A stretch of 59,560 nucleotides of DNA, filler included, from Sphacelaria rigidula (GCA_964200075.2; 9 parts of 9 records of this genome joined end to end with filler, not necessarily neighbours in it); one strand, 5' to 3'. Positions 1 through 13,160 are shown, counted from the whole stretch's first letter. Numbers and translations are program-made. The notes: generated by a model from the letters alone, not told the origin.

Positions 1-51
1 GTGATGGGGGGTGGGGGGGAAGAGGAGATAGAGAAGGGGAAGAAGTGGACA

Positions 52-91
<40 letters not shown>

Positions 92-189
92 GGAATAGCG
101 GCCCAAAGCAAACAGACAAGGACAAAACCGGAAACGGAAATATATATCAAGAAAGGGAGCGTAGAAACAAACGACGGAGAGAAAACAGC

Positions 190-3100
190 AGAGAAAGTGA
201 GAGTGAATAATTATTCGAAAGGGAAGTTGAGAATAGGATCATGGAGCACGTATGGATTCGTTACGGACAAGCTCACAAGAATGGAGAAAGTCGAACAAGT
301 AAGTAAGCGCGATCTAGATGTGATGGGAATCCAAGCGTCGTGGGAGGAAGAGGGGGGAGAGGGGGGGGGTGATAAGATGCAAAGTTGAAAAGTGCGCATG
401 GACAGGGGGAAAGCGGAAGGGACAATAAGAAAATAATAGGGGAGTGGGGGCAGCAGGGTCCTTGGTCAAGGGATACCTGTGTGACATCATAGAAGTGATC
501 AAAGACCCCCAACTCGACGGAAATATGTGGACGAGAGCGCCAGGAGAGCGAAATATACTCTCGCAAGGAACATCCGGATGCCCCCAATAGCGAAGCGTAC
601 GGTAAGCGATACGCAATGAAAATTTGGAAAGATAGAACCTGATGTATATAAATATAACAGGCGAGGAGATGTAACGTTAGTGCGAGGTTTCAATGCAAGG
701 GTTGGAGAAACGAGTCAACCGGATGATATCATTGGGCAGTACGGGGGCACGGAGAAGAATACGAATAGGGTAGAGATACTTCACGTTCTTGAGAATAACG
801 AGATGAAGACGCTGAACGATAGAGCACAAAAATCCAGAGGCGCAATGGATATGGACCACACAATGCAAAGACGAGAGAGAGCGCCCCGTTCACTATACAG
901 TGGTAGAGCACAGAGATAGTAGGAAATGCATGGACATGCACGTACAGCGGACGTGGGAACGACAGATAATTGCCCAATATGGACAGAACGCCAACAGACT
1001 AGAGCTATAAGAAATAGGCGGGGTAGGAAGGTGTGCAAATGGGGAATATATATACTAGAACTGGAACAAAAACAGCAAGGGTCACAAGAAGAGATGACTA
1101 AAAAAGCGATGAAATTTTCCGAGCTGCTGGAAAGCGTAGGTACAATGAATGCCGAACGGGAAAGGGACAGGGGAGGAACGAGATTGTAGAAGAATGGGAG
1201 CAACTGGTGAAGATCACAGCAAGTAAACTAATAGGGAAGACACTACTCGTATGCAACAGAGCAGTCAAACGGTAGCACGTAAAACGGTAGCACGGGGAGG
1301 GAACAAATTCTAAAAGATAAAGCGAAGAGGTCCACGCAATGTATGTATCGAGTAAAGCTACGGTAGATTGGGTTGAGTATGCTAACGCTCGAAGGGGGGT
1401 AAAACAGATGGTAGAGGAGAAAAAAAGGGAATGAGTGGTTAATAAAACGAATGAAGATTTCGACGGTGGGATAAAGCGTATGTGGGTAGAGATAAAAGGG
1501 ATTCTGGGCAAATAGGCAGGAGAGACAAACAAAGGGATGGCTACCCTACGAGCGCAGAACGGTAAAACGGATAATTCGAACGGGCGGAGAGAAGTACCGC
1601 CAGAGCACTACAAAAAACTAGGAACACCAACAAGTAGCAAGAGGTTCGGCGCGGAATTCGAGAAAGAAATCAAGGCGTGGGCAGAGGCAAACGTAGAGGC
1701 GTCAAAACGGAAAGATGGTAGCTCCAACGAATTGCAGAGAGAAATTACCAGAGATGTGGTAAAGGAGTGTGTGGCTACACTCAAGAACAGAAAGGCAGCA
1801 GGGGCAGACAAAACAGTGAATGTTTTTCCCAAGTACGGGGGAGAGGGAATGATTACCAGGATAGTCATGCTGTATAACTGGATATGGGAGAAAGAGAACA
1901 CACTCAAGAGGTGGAGAGAAGAAGCGGTAGTAAATATTTTCAAGAAAGAGGACAAGGCTAACTCAGAGAATTTCAGGGGATAGCGCTACCGAGAACCTTA
2001 GGGAAAACATTGTGTAAAATTCTGAACGATAGAGGGGGAACGATGGAAAACAAGGAAGACGGAATCAGCGAGGGGCAAGCAGCTTTAAAACCAAACCGCG
2101 GTTGCGTGGGCTACGTATACACATTAGGTAAGACTGTTCAAGGTAGGAAAGACGCCGGGTTGAGGACGAACTGTTCATTTCTGGACGTACGAAAGGCCTG
2201 TGACACAGTATGGAGAAATGAGCTGCGGAAAAAAAGATGTGGGAAACTGGGATCAGAGGAGAGATGTGGAGAGTGGCGAAAAAGATGACAGAATGTGCGA
2301 AAGTGCTATGATGCTTGACCGGGAAAAATCGGATTATTTTTATATTTTTCAAGGGTTTGCGTAAGGATGTACTCCATCACCCACTTTGTTCAAGGTACTT
2401 ATTAATGACCTGATAATAGCAATAGAAGCAGCAAAGCAAGGAGCCAAGGTGGGTGAAGATATGTTATCAGGATTGATGTTCGCAGATGATATCGTGGGGA
2501 TATCAGAAAGACCACAAGGATTGCAGAAGCAAACAGAGAAGGCGCTAGGATGCTTATATATAAAGTAAGAGAAAAGGGTAAGGCACAGATAGGTAAGGTG
2601 GGCGTGATCCTAAGAGACTCGCATCAAGATACTAGTGTTAAAAAAAGCATTCTGATGAACTTAATTGTGCCAAAGCAAGAATATTTGGGAGAAATATGGG
2701 AAAGGAACACGAAGTTAGTGAAGAAGCTGGAAACAGCACAGACGGCAGCAGCTAACAAAACGCTTGGACGCTCGAAAACGACGTGTAATACAGTAGTGAG
2801 AGCAGAATTGGGAATGTACCCACTTAAACAAAGGAAGACATGAGGAAATTGGAATGGCAATATAGCCTTCGGGACACGCCAAGGAAAATATTTCCAGCCA
2901 TAGCTGATAGAGCTGTGTGGAAGAAAGTGACGAAAGGGCAGGCTGGAATAAGGTGGGATAGCGTAGACGAGAAAGTGTGGAAGGACATAGAAGGAGGGAG
3001 ACAAAGATGAGATACTGCCCATGAGTGAAGGTGCGGGGTACAAGACAAAAATAAGAGACCTAATAGAAATAAGGGGAGACGAAGCCTCAAGACGCAAAGT

Positions 3101-3663
3101 AGACAGGTTAGAACACCCGAAGATAAACGGGGGACTGGAAGAGGGGAGAGAGATGAAAACATATCTGCACGTCTCAATGAACTCCGCGAAAAAAGGTGAA
3201 GCTGCGATTTCAGGTGAGGAACCTGGATCTGCCAGAAAGAAGGAAGAGGTATACCAGTAGTCGAGTGGAGGAGGAAGTAGATGTACAGAGTTGCCCCTGT
3301 GGCAAAGGCAATAGAGACTGAAACTCATACAATGGCAGAATGTGAACTATAAAAGGTGGACAGGACGTGGTAGAGGGGGAAATGTGGGAAGTAAATGAAG
3401 GTGGTATGAAATCGTTTGATGTTTTAGACAGTAGCGGGAAAACAACGACGAGACTAGGAGATATATATTGATCACAGACGACGAAACAGAAAGGGAATAA
3501 CGAATGTAGGAGGTTTTCTGTGTAGAGTGTGGAAGGAACGAAATGAACGCCCAAATACTGGAGGTGTCTCTACTAGAAGTAGGAACAGCACCCCGTCTCG
3601 AAAGGGATGCGTGGTCAATGCTTAAACGACTAAGGCCAGTAACAAATGAGTACGCCCCCCTCC
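190..3663 (+). mobile_element. Decayed non-LTR retrotransposon (LINE) with APE endonuclease and reverse transcriptase; many stops and frameshifts
   Basis: Motifs occur in the expected order across frames. APE: LRIGSW..., DVMGIQASW, GFNARVG. RT: LKNRKAAGADK, NFRG, EGQAALKPNRGC, FLDVRKACDTVW, GCTPSPTLFKVLINDL, LMFADDIVG. These are followed by VVRAELGMYPL and a 3' end ending ATGAGTACGCCCCCC. The sense strand is purine-rich. Confidence 0.92.
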
Positions 3664-4002
3664 ATCGCAGTACCTGGTGTTTGTATAGTGAGACACCCAT
3701 GAGGCAGCGCGTAGCCCGTGGCTGTCGCTGGAAGCAATACCTGAAAATGAATAAACTCATTTCCGGCTGTCGTCCATAGGCAAGATAATGAGTACGTTTC
3801 GGGCCGAACAATCTGAGCAGGATGAAGCCCAACCTTCATGCGACTCGCCAAACAGATCACGGCGCTTCGCGCTTGGTGATTGCGGACCTGATATGGCGAA
3901 AACCCGGCGTGCTCCGTCCCGGTTTCGTAGGGATGCGAGGTCAAACGTCTCACGACCACGACATGCGAGATCAAAAGTACCCCTCCCTCACGCACCCCCT
4001 CT
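3664..4002 (+). repeat. 5'-truncated copy of the abundant retroposon 3' end (type B), ending in C-rich sequence
   Basis: Contains GGCGAAAACCCGGCGTGCTCCGTCCCGG and GGGATGCGAGGTCAA, shared with at least 8 other copies in the window. Confidence 0.85.
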
Positions 4003-4684
4003 CAACATCAATACCGAATTTACCCCATTTCTTACGAGGCACACCCTAGCTCGGTCCACCCTCTTTTGGAGAGCAAGTGCCACCTTCACTGGATACTCAC
4101 CACTTCTATTCGCCGTTCTACAAATGTGTGTATCAGAACGACGGGGGGTGTATTTGTTGATTGCGAGTCTGTCGTCGAGCTGCTCAGAATGAGGCTAATA
4201 ACCTGCTACCAGAAATCCCTCGTTAACACCCTTTGTTTTATATCGCCTCGCCTGATATCATGTTTTAACTTGATATTTTCAAAGCTCAATGAATCCGCGC
4301 TGCCGAAGAAACACGTCTGTCCACAAACGTGAACGAGATTTTCCGACAATATAAATAAAGCTATCGGTGCCATGAGCAACGTCAGTATCGCCATAATCGA
4401 GCTTGAAAAAGCGATATCACGGGGTTCAAAAACAACGGGCACTACTGACGGCTCATAACCTGCCGACACGTACAAGGCTCACAAACCGCACGTACCACAC
4501 CTACAACAACATGCCGGGTTATCTTCCTGGTACAATAGTCATACAGGGTGCTTGCTCACCGAGACCGTGCCTACAAGGTACGAAGTGCCTACATTACATC
4601 CTACGTTCACCTTCGATATTTCCCCAACAAACCCTCTAAGGTGTGGTCGCTGTGGATGTAGCGATTGGAATGCCAAATTTTTAC

Positions 4685-5892
4685 CTGCGCGCTCTAGGTG
4701 CTGACTGCCCCCGCCGCTTGCCTCCAACAGCAGGTCGAGATAAGAAACATGACGCCGCAACAGCACTAACAGAAGGCCCCGCCAGGCTCTCCAATATCCC
4801 CATGTTGACCTCAAACGCAGTACTGTTCACGAAGGACTGAGCTCTATCCCCCCTGCGGTCGCATTCGCCTGTTGTGCCGCTTCGATCTCTGTTCTTGTTC
4901 AGAATGCTCGTTAGAGACGTTTGCGGCGTTGATACCGATAGTCGGGGCGACTTTTTATCGTTACCTCCGCCTATCCAGCCGTTATCCTGGACGAGGACAC
5001 CATTGCGCTTACAGACCTTGCCCCAGTCTTGCCACCGCTCTATATTGCTAGCACAAGCACGGGACTGTCTGCTGTAAAGTTGACGGCGGTCTTCCACGTC
5101 GCTGTCAAGTGATGACACCCCGGATGCAGCAAAACCCTTCGGCGGTCGTGTGCCCATTGCGTCGGCGGCTGATCGCGGACGACTTTTGGCGGCGACAGTC
5201 TTGTTATTGCTGGTGTTACTGTTGCCGCCGCCGCCGCTACTGTTGTCGTTCCTATCGTTTTTTTTGCCACTCTTGTCGTTGTCGTCGTTGTCGCCGTCGT
5301 TGTTGTTGTCGGCGGTGATCGCGGTATGCAGACGTACCGGTGTCCCGAACACCGAGGGCTTCACGTGGCGCAACAGGTTCATCCGCTGGTCATCCGTGAG
5401 ACTGGCTACGACCGGAGGTACTCCGTGACGTTTCGCCCTGATGCTGTCGCTGCTCTTCTCACTACCGCTGCTGCTCGTGCTGGCACTATTTGCGAACGTT
5501 TCACAATGTAGACCGCCTTCAATATCGTGAGAAGCAACAATGCCTTCCGCTTGCCTGCTACCACCCGCGGTATTCGCGTGGCCTGTTGACGGTTGGTGCT
5601 TTCCCGCCATTGCTCGATCGCTTCCAGAGGTACCCACCTGTTTCCTAGGTACACCATTGCGATTACAATACTCGGGAGGGTCGTCGCTGGAGACGAATTG
5701 ACCTTCCTCAACATGAACTGGGATTACGCGCTCCTTGATGTCAGCTCTTTTCACCACCCGGCTATCGCCTTCGACGACGTCATCGCCCAGCACGGGAAGT
5801 TCCGGTGCTTCTGCCTTTGTCTCGGCACCTATTCCGTTCACTGCAGCTTCGGAAACGGAAGATCGTGGTTCGTGAGGTATTTGTTGTGGCTC
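4685..5892 (-). CDS. Large exon of an unknown low-complexity (S/D/N/G-rich) protein
   Basis: 1.2-kb open frame bounded by a pyrimidine-tract acceptor (ctcttcag|GAG) and a donor (CAG|gtaaaa). No recognisable domain. Confidence 0.6.
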
Positions 5893-6346
5893 CTGAAGAG
5901 GCACAACGATGGGGGAGAAAGTTATATGTGCGGTGAGCTACGAAACAGAACCGAGGGAGTATCGATACCGCGGTGATGTTTGTCGTACCGGCATCATTGA
6001 CCTATTTATGGAGTCGGAAATATCCGCTGTAGTTCGAAAATATAGAAGCATGCAGATCGAGACTGTCGCCTACGACGCACTCTACTGCCCGAACTTGTAA
6101 GTTTGACCGTCTTCACGTACACGCCACAGCGGTAACACAGTACGTGAAGGAGGTGGAGCGACTTCGCTTCACTATCGACAAGTGAGGGATGTCAGCGTGG
6201 GCGGGGTTGTTCGTACCGAAGTGTATCCTTCACGAAGCGGCCCAAAAAAAGCCCCGAATGTAGCACTTATCAGTGCATGTGACACTTTCTACGATAGCCC
6301 CCTCCCCAAAACCAGCCCAAAAGTGTCACGAAAAAACTGGGCATAC

Positions 6347-6460
6347 AGCGCCTGGTGTTTGGAATTCAGGCTGCATGAAGCGCCTCATATGGGCGACATT
6401 GGCGGGAACGAACCCAAGCGTGGGGATTCCCAGCTGCTCGTTGTGCTCGGCCCTTTCCAT
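6347..6460 (-). CDS. Possible upstream exon of the same gene (MERAEHNEQLGIPTLGFVPANVAHMRRFMQPEFQTPGA)
   Basis: ATG-initiated 114-nt segment ending GCT|gtatgc; phase 0 matches the exon starting at 5892. Confidence 0.35.
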
Positions 6461-6530
6461 TTCAATTTACGCGAAGATTTTGCCTCCCCAGACCAGGCCC
6501 TTTTGGGGGGGGGGGGGGGGGGGGGGGGGG

Positions 6531-6630
6531 NNNNNNNNNNNNNNNNNNNNNNNNNNNNNNNNNNNNNNNNNNNNTTAATTAATTAANNNNNNNNNNNNNN
6601 NNNNNNNNNNNNNNNNNNNNNNNNNNNNNN
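6531..6630. other. Artificial 100-nt contig spacer (N44-TTAATTAATTAA-N44); also at 13161, 19790, 26419, 33048, 39677, 46305 and 52933
   Basis: The same N-run with a six-frame stop linker occurs 8 times, at about 6.63-kb spacing. Confidence 0.98.
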
Positions 6631-6649
6631 CCCCCCCCCCCCCCCCCCG

Positions 6650-7880
6650 TCTTGATGTCGGCGCCCTTGACTAGGGATATCTACTGGCAGCTGCCATCGT
6701 CGTTCTCCTTCGTCGTGGTTCCGAAAGTAGAGAGGCCTTCACTTCGTGGTCAGGCAATATGCAGGAATTCCCTCGCCCGTCGGGCGCCTACGGGTCGCAC
6801 CGGATGAATGGGATCCAGGTGGCGTGTGCCGGCGTGGAGCCGACGAACGCTACACCGTAGCAAGGGCAGCACTCGCAGGATGGTCGGGCCCTTGTTTCGT
6901 TGACTTCGAACGGCCTGCAGTCCCCCCGCGCGGGCTTGCCACGTGGACGTGGATATGGTTGAACTCCAGCTTGTCGTCCACTATCCGCGACGCTGGCCAG
7001 GAAACTGCCTCCACGTTCTCCACATCCTCCCGGTAGCAGTCCTTCACGTCACGAGCAGGCATCATGCGGTAGTGGGCTGCAACAAGTACACCACCGGCAC
7101 GTTGAGTACCGAAACACACGATGGACAGCAGTGCAAAACGCATGCTGCACGCGACAGCTCGCGTTCTCTCTGCTCCAAACGAATGCTCCTGTTGCAAGCC
7201 TGGTGCCAATACTCACATGGAAATCGTCTGTCGTATCATGAACGTCTGCGCTGTGTTCTCCCTCCAGGCCTCCAGGACGTCCGGCCGGTTTTGGCCGTCG
7301 ACGTACACGCACTTCCCGTGCCGGGACCACCTGAAACCGAGGACGCCTACCCAGCTGTGCTCGGTGCTGCGAGATATGCCACGACCACCGGCGACCTCAA
7401 TTTTTAGCAAAGCTGTGTTCACCTACTTGTCGCGCCGCAGCAGCGCAGGAGACGATTGAAAGCAAGGGTCACATGACAAACATTCCGAGTTTCGTTGATG
7501 CTGTACAGAGGCCTCAAAGACGAGGCTGCCGTGTACTGTCTCCGAAACTGGTGTGGGCGTTCTGCTTCTGTTGAGGCAATAACGTTACCCCTGAAAGTCT
7601 GCGATACGAAAGCACCGTTACCCTCGCTTCTGACGGAAAATCCAGTCGGTCGATTCACTCTCGGCACTGCTCTTCGATGTCTCCGTTGTCCTTGTAAGTG
7701 TGGGGTTGTCGATTCACCTTAATTCAATCGCGCATAACGAAGTCACCGTCTCTTCAGAACTCCTTCACCGAAATCCGCACCATCTTTGCAGCGACGCCCG
7801 CGGTCTGCCCGACAGTACGGCTGTCGGTCAGCTGCTGAACATCCTCCTCAAGCCCATCGGATTTCATAAAAAAAAATAGC
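6650..7880 (-). mobile_element. Decayed DDE transposase gene (DNA transposon relic, probably IS630/Tc1-related)
   Basis: Broken frames give an HTH-like segment (VAAKMVRISVKEF*RDGDF...DIEEQCRE*), then LGFRWSRHGKCVYVDGQNRPDVLE (YxDGHERxDV-type motif), then NHDEG...KENDDGS (first catalytic D region). Truncated by the contig end. Confidence 0.6.
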
Positions 7881-8020
7881 TTGGAGGATGATAGGCGCTT
7901 TACCGCACGAGTGAGCGCAAATCGAAAGGAAAAACACCACAGCGGTAACACTCCGCGCCAGGTTGGCGAACGGTGCTCCCGATGATATTTTGGCGGTAAT
8001 ACATCCCCCCCCCCAATTGA

Positions 8021-8400
8021 GAGGGGGGGGGGCGGGGTATACTTATGGTCGTGCATGCCATAGTCATATGACCACTGGTCGAATCCCTACAAAGCCGGGA
8101 CGGAGCACGCCGGGTTTTCGCCGGACCATGCTCGCAGTCAATCACCAAGCACGAAGCGCCGTGATATGTTCGGCGAGTCGCATGAAGGGTGAGCTGCATC
8201 TTGCTGAGGTTGTTGGGCCCGAAGCGTACTGATTATCTTGCGTTTGGATGACAGCCTACAATGAATTGCTTCATTGTCTGGTATCGCCACTTGCAGAGAC
8301 AGCCGCGGCTTTTACACTGCCTCATGGGTGTCTACCATTTAAACACTACGTAGTACGATCATCCCCTTTGCGCGGCAATTGAGTGGGGGTGGGACACAAG
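8021..8400 (-). repeat. Retroposon 3' end (type B) with C-rich tail
   Basis: Reverse complement matches 3680-3990; a G-run at 8023-8038 marks the tail. Confidence 0.85.
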
Positions 8401-10200
8401 ACCGTTCAAATAATAGCCAGGCACACATACCTCTCCTTCCGCAAACTTGAAATTAATTCAAAACCGGAATCAGTCGATGGCACAAGCTAGAATGCAGAAA
8501 TATCTCCTACTCGGGAGAGCTTGGTTGGATGTGTTTAGGTTTCGAAGATCGCTCCGCCAATCTTTGAAGGCCTGCTTCTCCTCTATTACAAATGCTCGAC
8601 AAGGAGGAGGGGGGGGGGTCTGTAGAAGCGTTCCACTCCATGGGACCCGACAAAACATTTCCAGCATATGCAGTCACACATTTACAGCAAGTACAGTCAC
8701 TACAGATTGGCGATCGTATTCTACTTACTCGATTGGAGGACAACGCACGCCCGAAGACAACGCTAACCCGAAAGACACGAGAGACCGTTGTTTCCGTCAG
8801 CATTGTGCCCGCGATCTCCAAGTTCCGAAAGTTGCTCGACTGCTCGGCTTGAACGGAGTGGTGCAAAATAGTAGGACCGCATATGGCTTGATATCTTTAT
8901 ACCTTTAGCATGCATCTTGCTCAAGTAGCAGTAGTCAGACGCTACCTAAAAATGACTATGCATGGATCAGTTGATGCAGACGACAGTCCACTACGTCTGA
9001 GGCAGCAGTTCGGCGCCATGCAAGCAGAAGCCAACTGACCGACTGGGAGCTCCACGAACACCAGCCCTTAGCATGCTCCACGACCAGCGGTAACCATATC
9101 AATTCAACGAATTTCAAGTCCAGCAGTAGTAGCAGGAATTTCTGGATGTGACAAAAAATCCCTACTCTGGTTGAAGACCAGCGGTCGCACATATCAGCGG
9201 CACCAGGAAAAGTAGAAACCGCACAGCAGCTGGTACACAACGCTGCTCACAATACAGACAGGCACACCTAAAATGTTTCGCCAGGTTGATCGTCTCCAGC
9301 ACCTTGCCGTGGGTGCGCAGGAGCTCCTCCCGGTGCTCCATTAGGTTTCTGCGCGTTCACGTGGCACGGCGCTCCATCACTTCGCGGGCCAATCTCGCTT
9401 GGGCGGCTCGCTGCCCCTATGTCCATGTCTCTCTCCAGACGACTGCACTTCAGCCTCGCGAATCGCACGGGATTTCTAGTTTTTTCTGCGCACTAACCTC
9501 CAACAGCCGATTCCCGACCTCATCCTACAGTAGCACCGTTCCCGTCCAGGCCCGCTGCCCCTTCCTCGCGCACCGTTAGAAACAGACATTGCAGCGAGAT
9601 ATGCGTCGCTTAATAGCGCGTGTTCTCCGACTTTTTCGGGACGAGTCTGTAGCGCGTGTTATTGGTCCTCCCATCGCTGTTGCTCCGCTACTGGCGCCAC
9701 AAGGCTTGATGTTTTGCGCAGTATTTTTTCTAGCTCCTTTTGTCGCTACTGCTACGGCAGCAGCAACATAAAGCTGACGGCCGTCGTCGGCCTCGTTGCT
9801 CTCTTGACTTCCATCACTACTGTTGTCACCTCTGCTCAGGTCAGCAGATGAGTAGTCATATCCGGCGCAAAAAACCATCACTGCTGCAGTCCGAGAGCAA
9901 AGTTTGAGCTTCAGCTTGATCATCTCCACCTGACCAATACTGCAGCGGGAGACCCAAACTCGAGCATACTCGCATGTCGGTGTCACTATCGCTGTCGCTG
10001 TACTGTCGCTTCGCTGTCGCAGCTACTGTCACGGTGGCTATGGCTCTGTCTACTGCTGCCGCTTCCGCTGTTGCTGTCGTTGGTTGCCTCCACACCAGCA
10101 GCAACATCAACTGAAAACTCCCCAGCCCCAATATGACAAACGGCCTTCTCTACCGCACCTTCGCCGCCCGTGCTTCAAGTCGAAGTAACCTACTCCGGTT

Positions 10201-10272
10201 GCCCCGGTGTCTCAGTTGGTAACCACGAAACCTTCTGATGGTTGGGACGTGGGTTCAAATCTCGGAGCGATC
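10201..10272 (+). pseudogene. tRNA-derived relic or SINE head
   Basis: A-box-like TGTCTCAGTTGGT and B-box GGTTCAAATCT at tRNA spacing, followed by an oligo-T run; no intact cloverleaf. Confidence 0.55.
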
Positions 10273-12214
10273 TGTTTTTTTTTTCTCACACCATGCCCAA
10301 CAATGGAGAGCGACTATGTCGTGGGTACACAAAATTCGACTTTACGGTCGACGAGGGAAAGGGACTGCTGAACCCCTCTCGCGATAAAAAAACATAAGGC
10401 AAGCACCGCAGAAGGACGGTGGGGTGCTAAAAACAAATAAAAAATAAAGAAGTTCCTGTGTTGACCTTCCTCCTGTGTGACCCCGGCTGGTGCGCCCACA
10501 TATGCCGAAAGTTGTAGACCGGCGTCTAGAATAGATGGGACGACAACACACTCCTGACCTCCACCCCTGAGTCAGTTTCCCATGGATCGCGCTATTCCGC
10601 TGACCGCCTGAGCCTGCATCAGCGTCTATGAAGAGCAGACCCATGCATGACGTTGCGCAGCCTTTTTACGGGGGAAGCGGCGTAATTTCGGGTCCAAGCG
10701 GCATCACCGAGGAGGCTGATGAGGCGGTGCCAGCTGCAGGGCGAACTGCAGGCCCAAACTGCTGTGTGGCCTGACCTCCACCTGGGACACCGCCATTACC
10801 CTTGTCGTCAGATCTCGTCGTCGTCATCGCCTTCGACGTGTATGGAATCCATCGTGTGGACAGGTTCGGTTGTTACAGCCCGGAGAGTATTCTGCTCTTG
10901 CTCTGACGAGGACCTTGCAACGTTTTGGTCGGAAGAGTTCCGCTTGTATACCATTTCCTCTTACGACGTCGGCCCATTGCTCCTGGGCCCGCTTATGAGG
11001 CCGCCGACAATAGTGGCGGACTGTGTTCGTGGCGTTGTCTGTGTGAGTGCGTGTGTGGTGAGGGAAATCTCCTGATGCCCGCAGCGGCAGCGCAATATCA
11101 GAGATACCTCACGAAAAGAAACGTTTTGCTAAAAATCTCAAAGAATGTTTGTCTGGGGAGTCTTCAGAGGAATCGTTCGTCGCTCTCATTTTCAAAACCA
11201 TCTAGCTAAAAAGTCCAGGTAAAATGGAAGAAAATCACTTTCCATAACAGTTTTTTCACCCACACTTGAGCTTTTTTTTTCACTCTATGAAAACTCCGAG
11301 AATATGTTTGTCTAAACAATTCCGAGAGCTGTTCATATCTGGTCTAAGAGTTGCTCTCTGAGAAGTAGCCCCGCCAGGAAGAACGGAACAATATTCAGAG
11401 ATTATTTGGAGATAATGAAGCAAAAATTGGAAAAACGAAAAAATACGCCAATCGTTGTCTGCGCCTGGAGACGGGGCCTTCAACGGTGTTTTCGGATGTC
11501 CGCACAACCTTCGTGCAGGGAGAAAAAGTGGAAGAATTGTGCTGGACGGACTTTATGTGTTCAGAATACACAGTGCACATAATACACACGGTACTGTTTA
11601 TGTAGATAGTATACAGTGCAACACGGTACAGTATAGAATCAGCATTTTAATATGTTTTTGCCGCGTACGACCTGACTATGATCCAGCTGCTATCAAGATA
11701 GTACCAGAGTAAAGAGACGGGCGTGTCTAAAACATTGACCGCGGGTCTGAGCTTCGTGCGTGAAGGGAAGCAAGGGGCACTCGAAGACGTCGAAAAGAGC
11801 GGCACCGGAAAAATGGTGACACCAGAAGAAACCCCAACGTAGAAATTTCCTGTCATTGGCTTCAGTATTTTACGTATCATGCTTGTTTCTGTTGGGGATT
11901 GGGACGGTGGGCAGCGAGTGGTTAATTGAGGATTGAGGATTGACGGCACGGCAATGGTGTGTGTCGCCTGTAGACTCAAGTACGGTAGTGTAATGCAATA
12001 TGTCCGATTTCTGCGCTGAATAAAACATGTGACGTGAACATTTTCGCGTCCCTCGTATGAAGCCCACGTGTGTGGAAAGCCGTCAACGCATCAGATATAC
12101 TGCGTTTTTTTCTCTCCCTCTTCATATTTAGGCGGGTTCTAGTGTAATTAGTATTCCAAAGTCATGATCCAGAAGTCGCCCCCCAGCATACATGCAAACC
12201 CGCAACTCGCACGA

Positions 12215-12321
12215 ATATCATTGTTATTACTATCACCATTCTTCTTATTATCATCATCATCATCATCACCATCACCATGGTGATAATAATCATGATGATT
12301 GATATTGATATTGATGATGTG

Positions 12322-12357
<36 letters not shown>

Positions 12358-12363
12358 ATCATT

Positions 12364-12420
<57 letters not shown>
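12215..12420. repeat. Compound microsatellite (CAT)n/(GTT)n/(GAT)n
   Basis: Directly visible. Confidence 0.97.
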
Positions 12421-12421
<1 letters not shown>

Positions 12422-12677
12422 CCTCGATGAGAAACACGTAGGCCCAAATGTGCAACCCGTACCGAGGCATGACCCCCTTCCATCTCCCACCAACCCCCTC
12501 TTTTCATATCTCGAATGCATTCCCTCTGCCACGTCTACTTCTTGGATCAGTGACTCCTCCTGTTTCAGAAATCAACCGCTCAACTAACGCCCTTGCTGTA
12601 TCCCCGTCAACGCCACCTGCCCGCCCATCGCGTCTCATTGTTCACGTTCCCCTTGCCACCCTTGTCACTCGCCTCAG

Positions 12678-12893
12678 CACTTTAACGAGTGCGTGGGCAA
12701 GCTCCTGTTCGGGCTTCCTCCACGATTACCCCCCGGCGCCCAGGACACCATCAAACCCGGAAACCCCATGTTCCTGTGGGATCACGGAAACGGCCTGGTT
12801 CTTGGAATTTTCCGCGCGGTTTCCGGCCTGACGGAAATGCTCGATAGGTCGGCGTGGGCCATGCCGGGGATGGATAGCCCGCTCCCGTGGCAG
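12678..12893 (+). CDS. Internal exon encoding most of a DCD (development and cell death) domain
   Basis: cctcag|...CAG|gtcagt, 216 nt, phase 0-0. HFNECVGKLLFGLPPRLPPGAQDTIKPGNPMFLWDHGNGLVLGIFRAVS...AW...SPLPWQ fits the DCD pattern EC....LFGLP...IKPG.PLFL.......L.GIF.A...AW...FPAQV. Confidence 0.85.
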
Positions 12894-13092
12894 GTCAGTC
12901 TTATTCTTTTTCTCCTGTAGACACCACCGACCAAGTATCATTGTGTTCAGAAGAGGCCTATCTGCCGCGAGTGTCTGTTGGGGGCTCACGGCCTTTTGGG
13001 TCGTCACACTGAGAGATGACTCTTTTTACGTGAGGATCATGAGTTCTAGGGTTCGAGTGCAGGGCCGATCCTTGAATGGCGTTGGTAGATGC

Positions 13093-13160
13093 GGGTGTGG
13101 GTGCACTCATGATCATGCATGCCATAGTCATCAGACCATTGACCTCGCATCCCTACAAAG
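13093..13160 (-). repeat. Retroposon 3' end (type B), cut by the contig end
   Basis: Reverse complement reads GTAGGGATGCGAGGTCAATGGTC...ATGAGTGCACCC. Confidence 0.8.

Noticed and set aside
2624..3328. 234-aa minus-strand ORF and similar antisense ORFs over the LINE and gag
   Set aside because: They are shadows of compositionally biased sense strands and have no motifs.
5909..6500. Plus-strand pieces (EVERLRFTID / AWCLEFRLHEAPHMGDIG) resembling a TM9SF lumenal domain
   Set aside because: The similarity is weak, needs awkward joins, and conflicts with a phase-consistent minus-strand model; it needs a database search.
9268..10130. Coiled-coil-like coding fragments (LAREVMERR...LMEHREELLRTHGKVLE)
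   Set aside because: Interrupted by stops and frame changes and not assignable to a family.
12148..12507. Poly-D/N and poly-M ORFs
   Set aside because: These are translations of a trinucleotide microsatellite.
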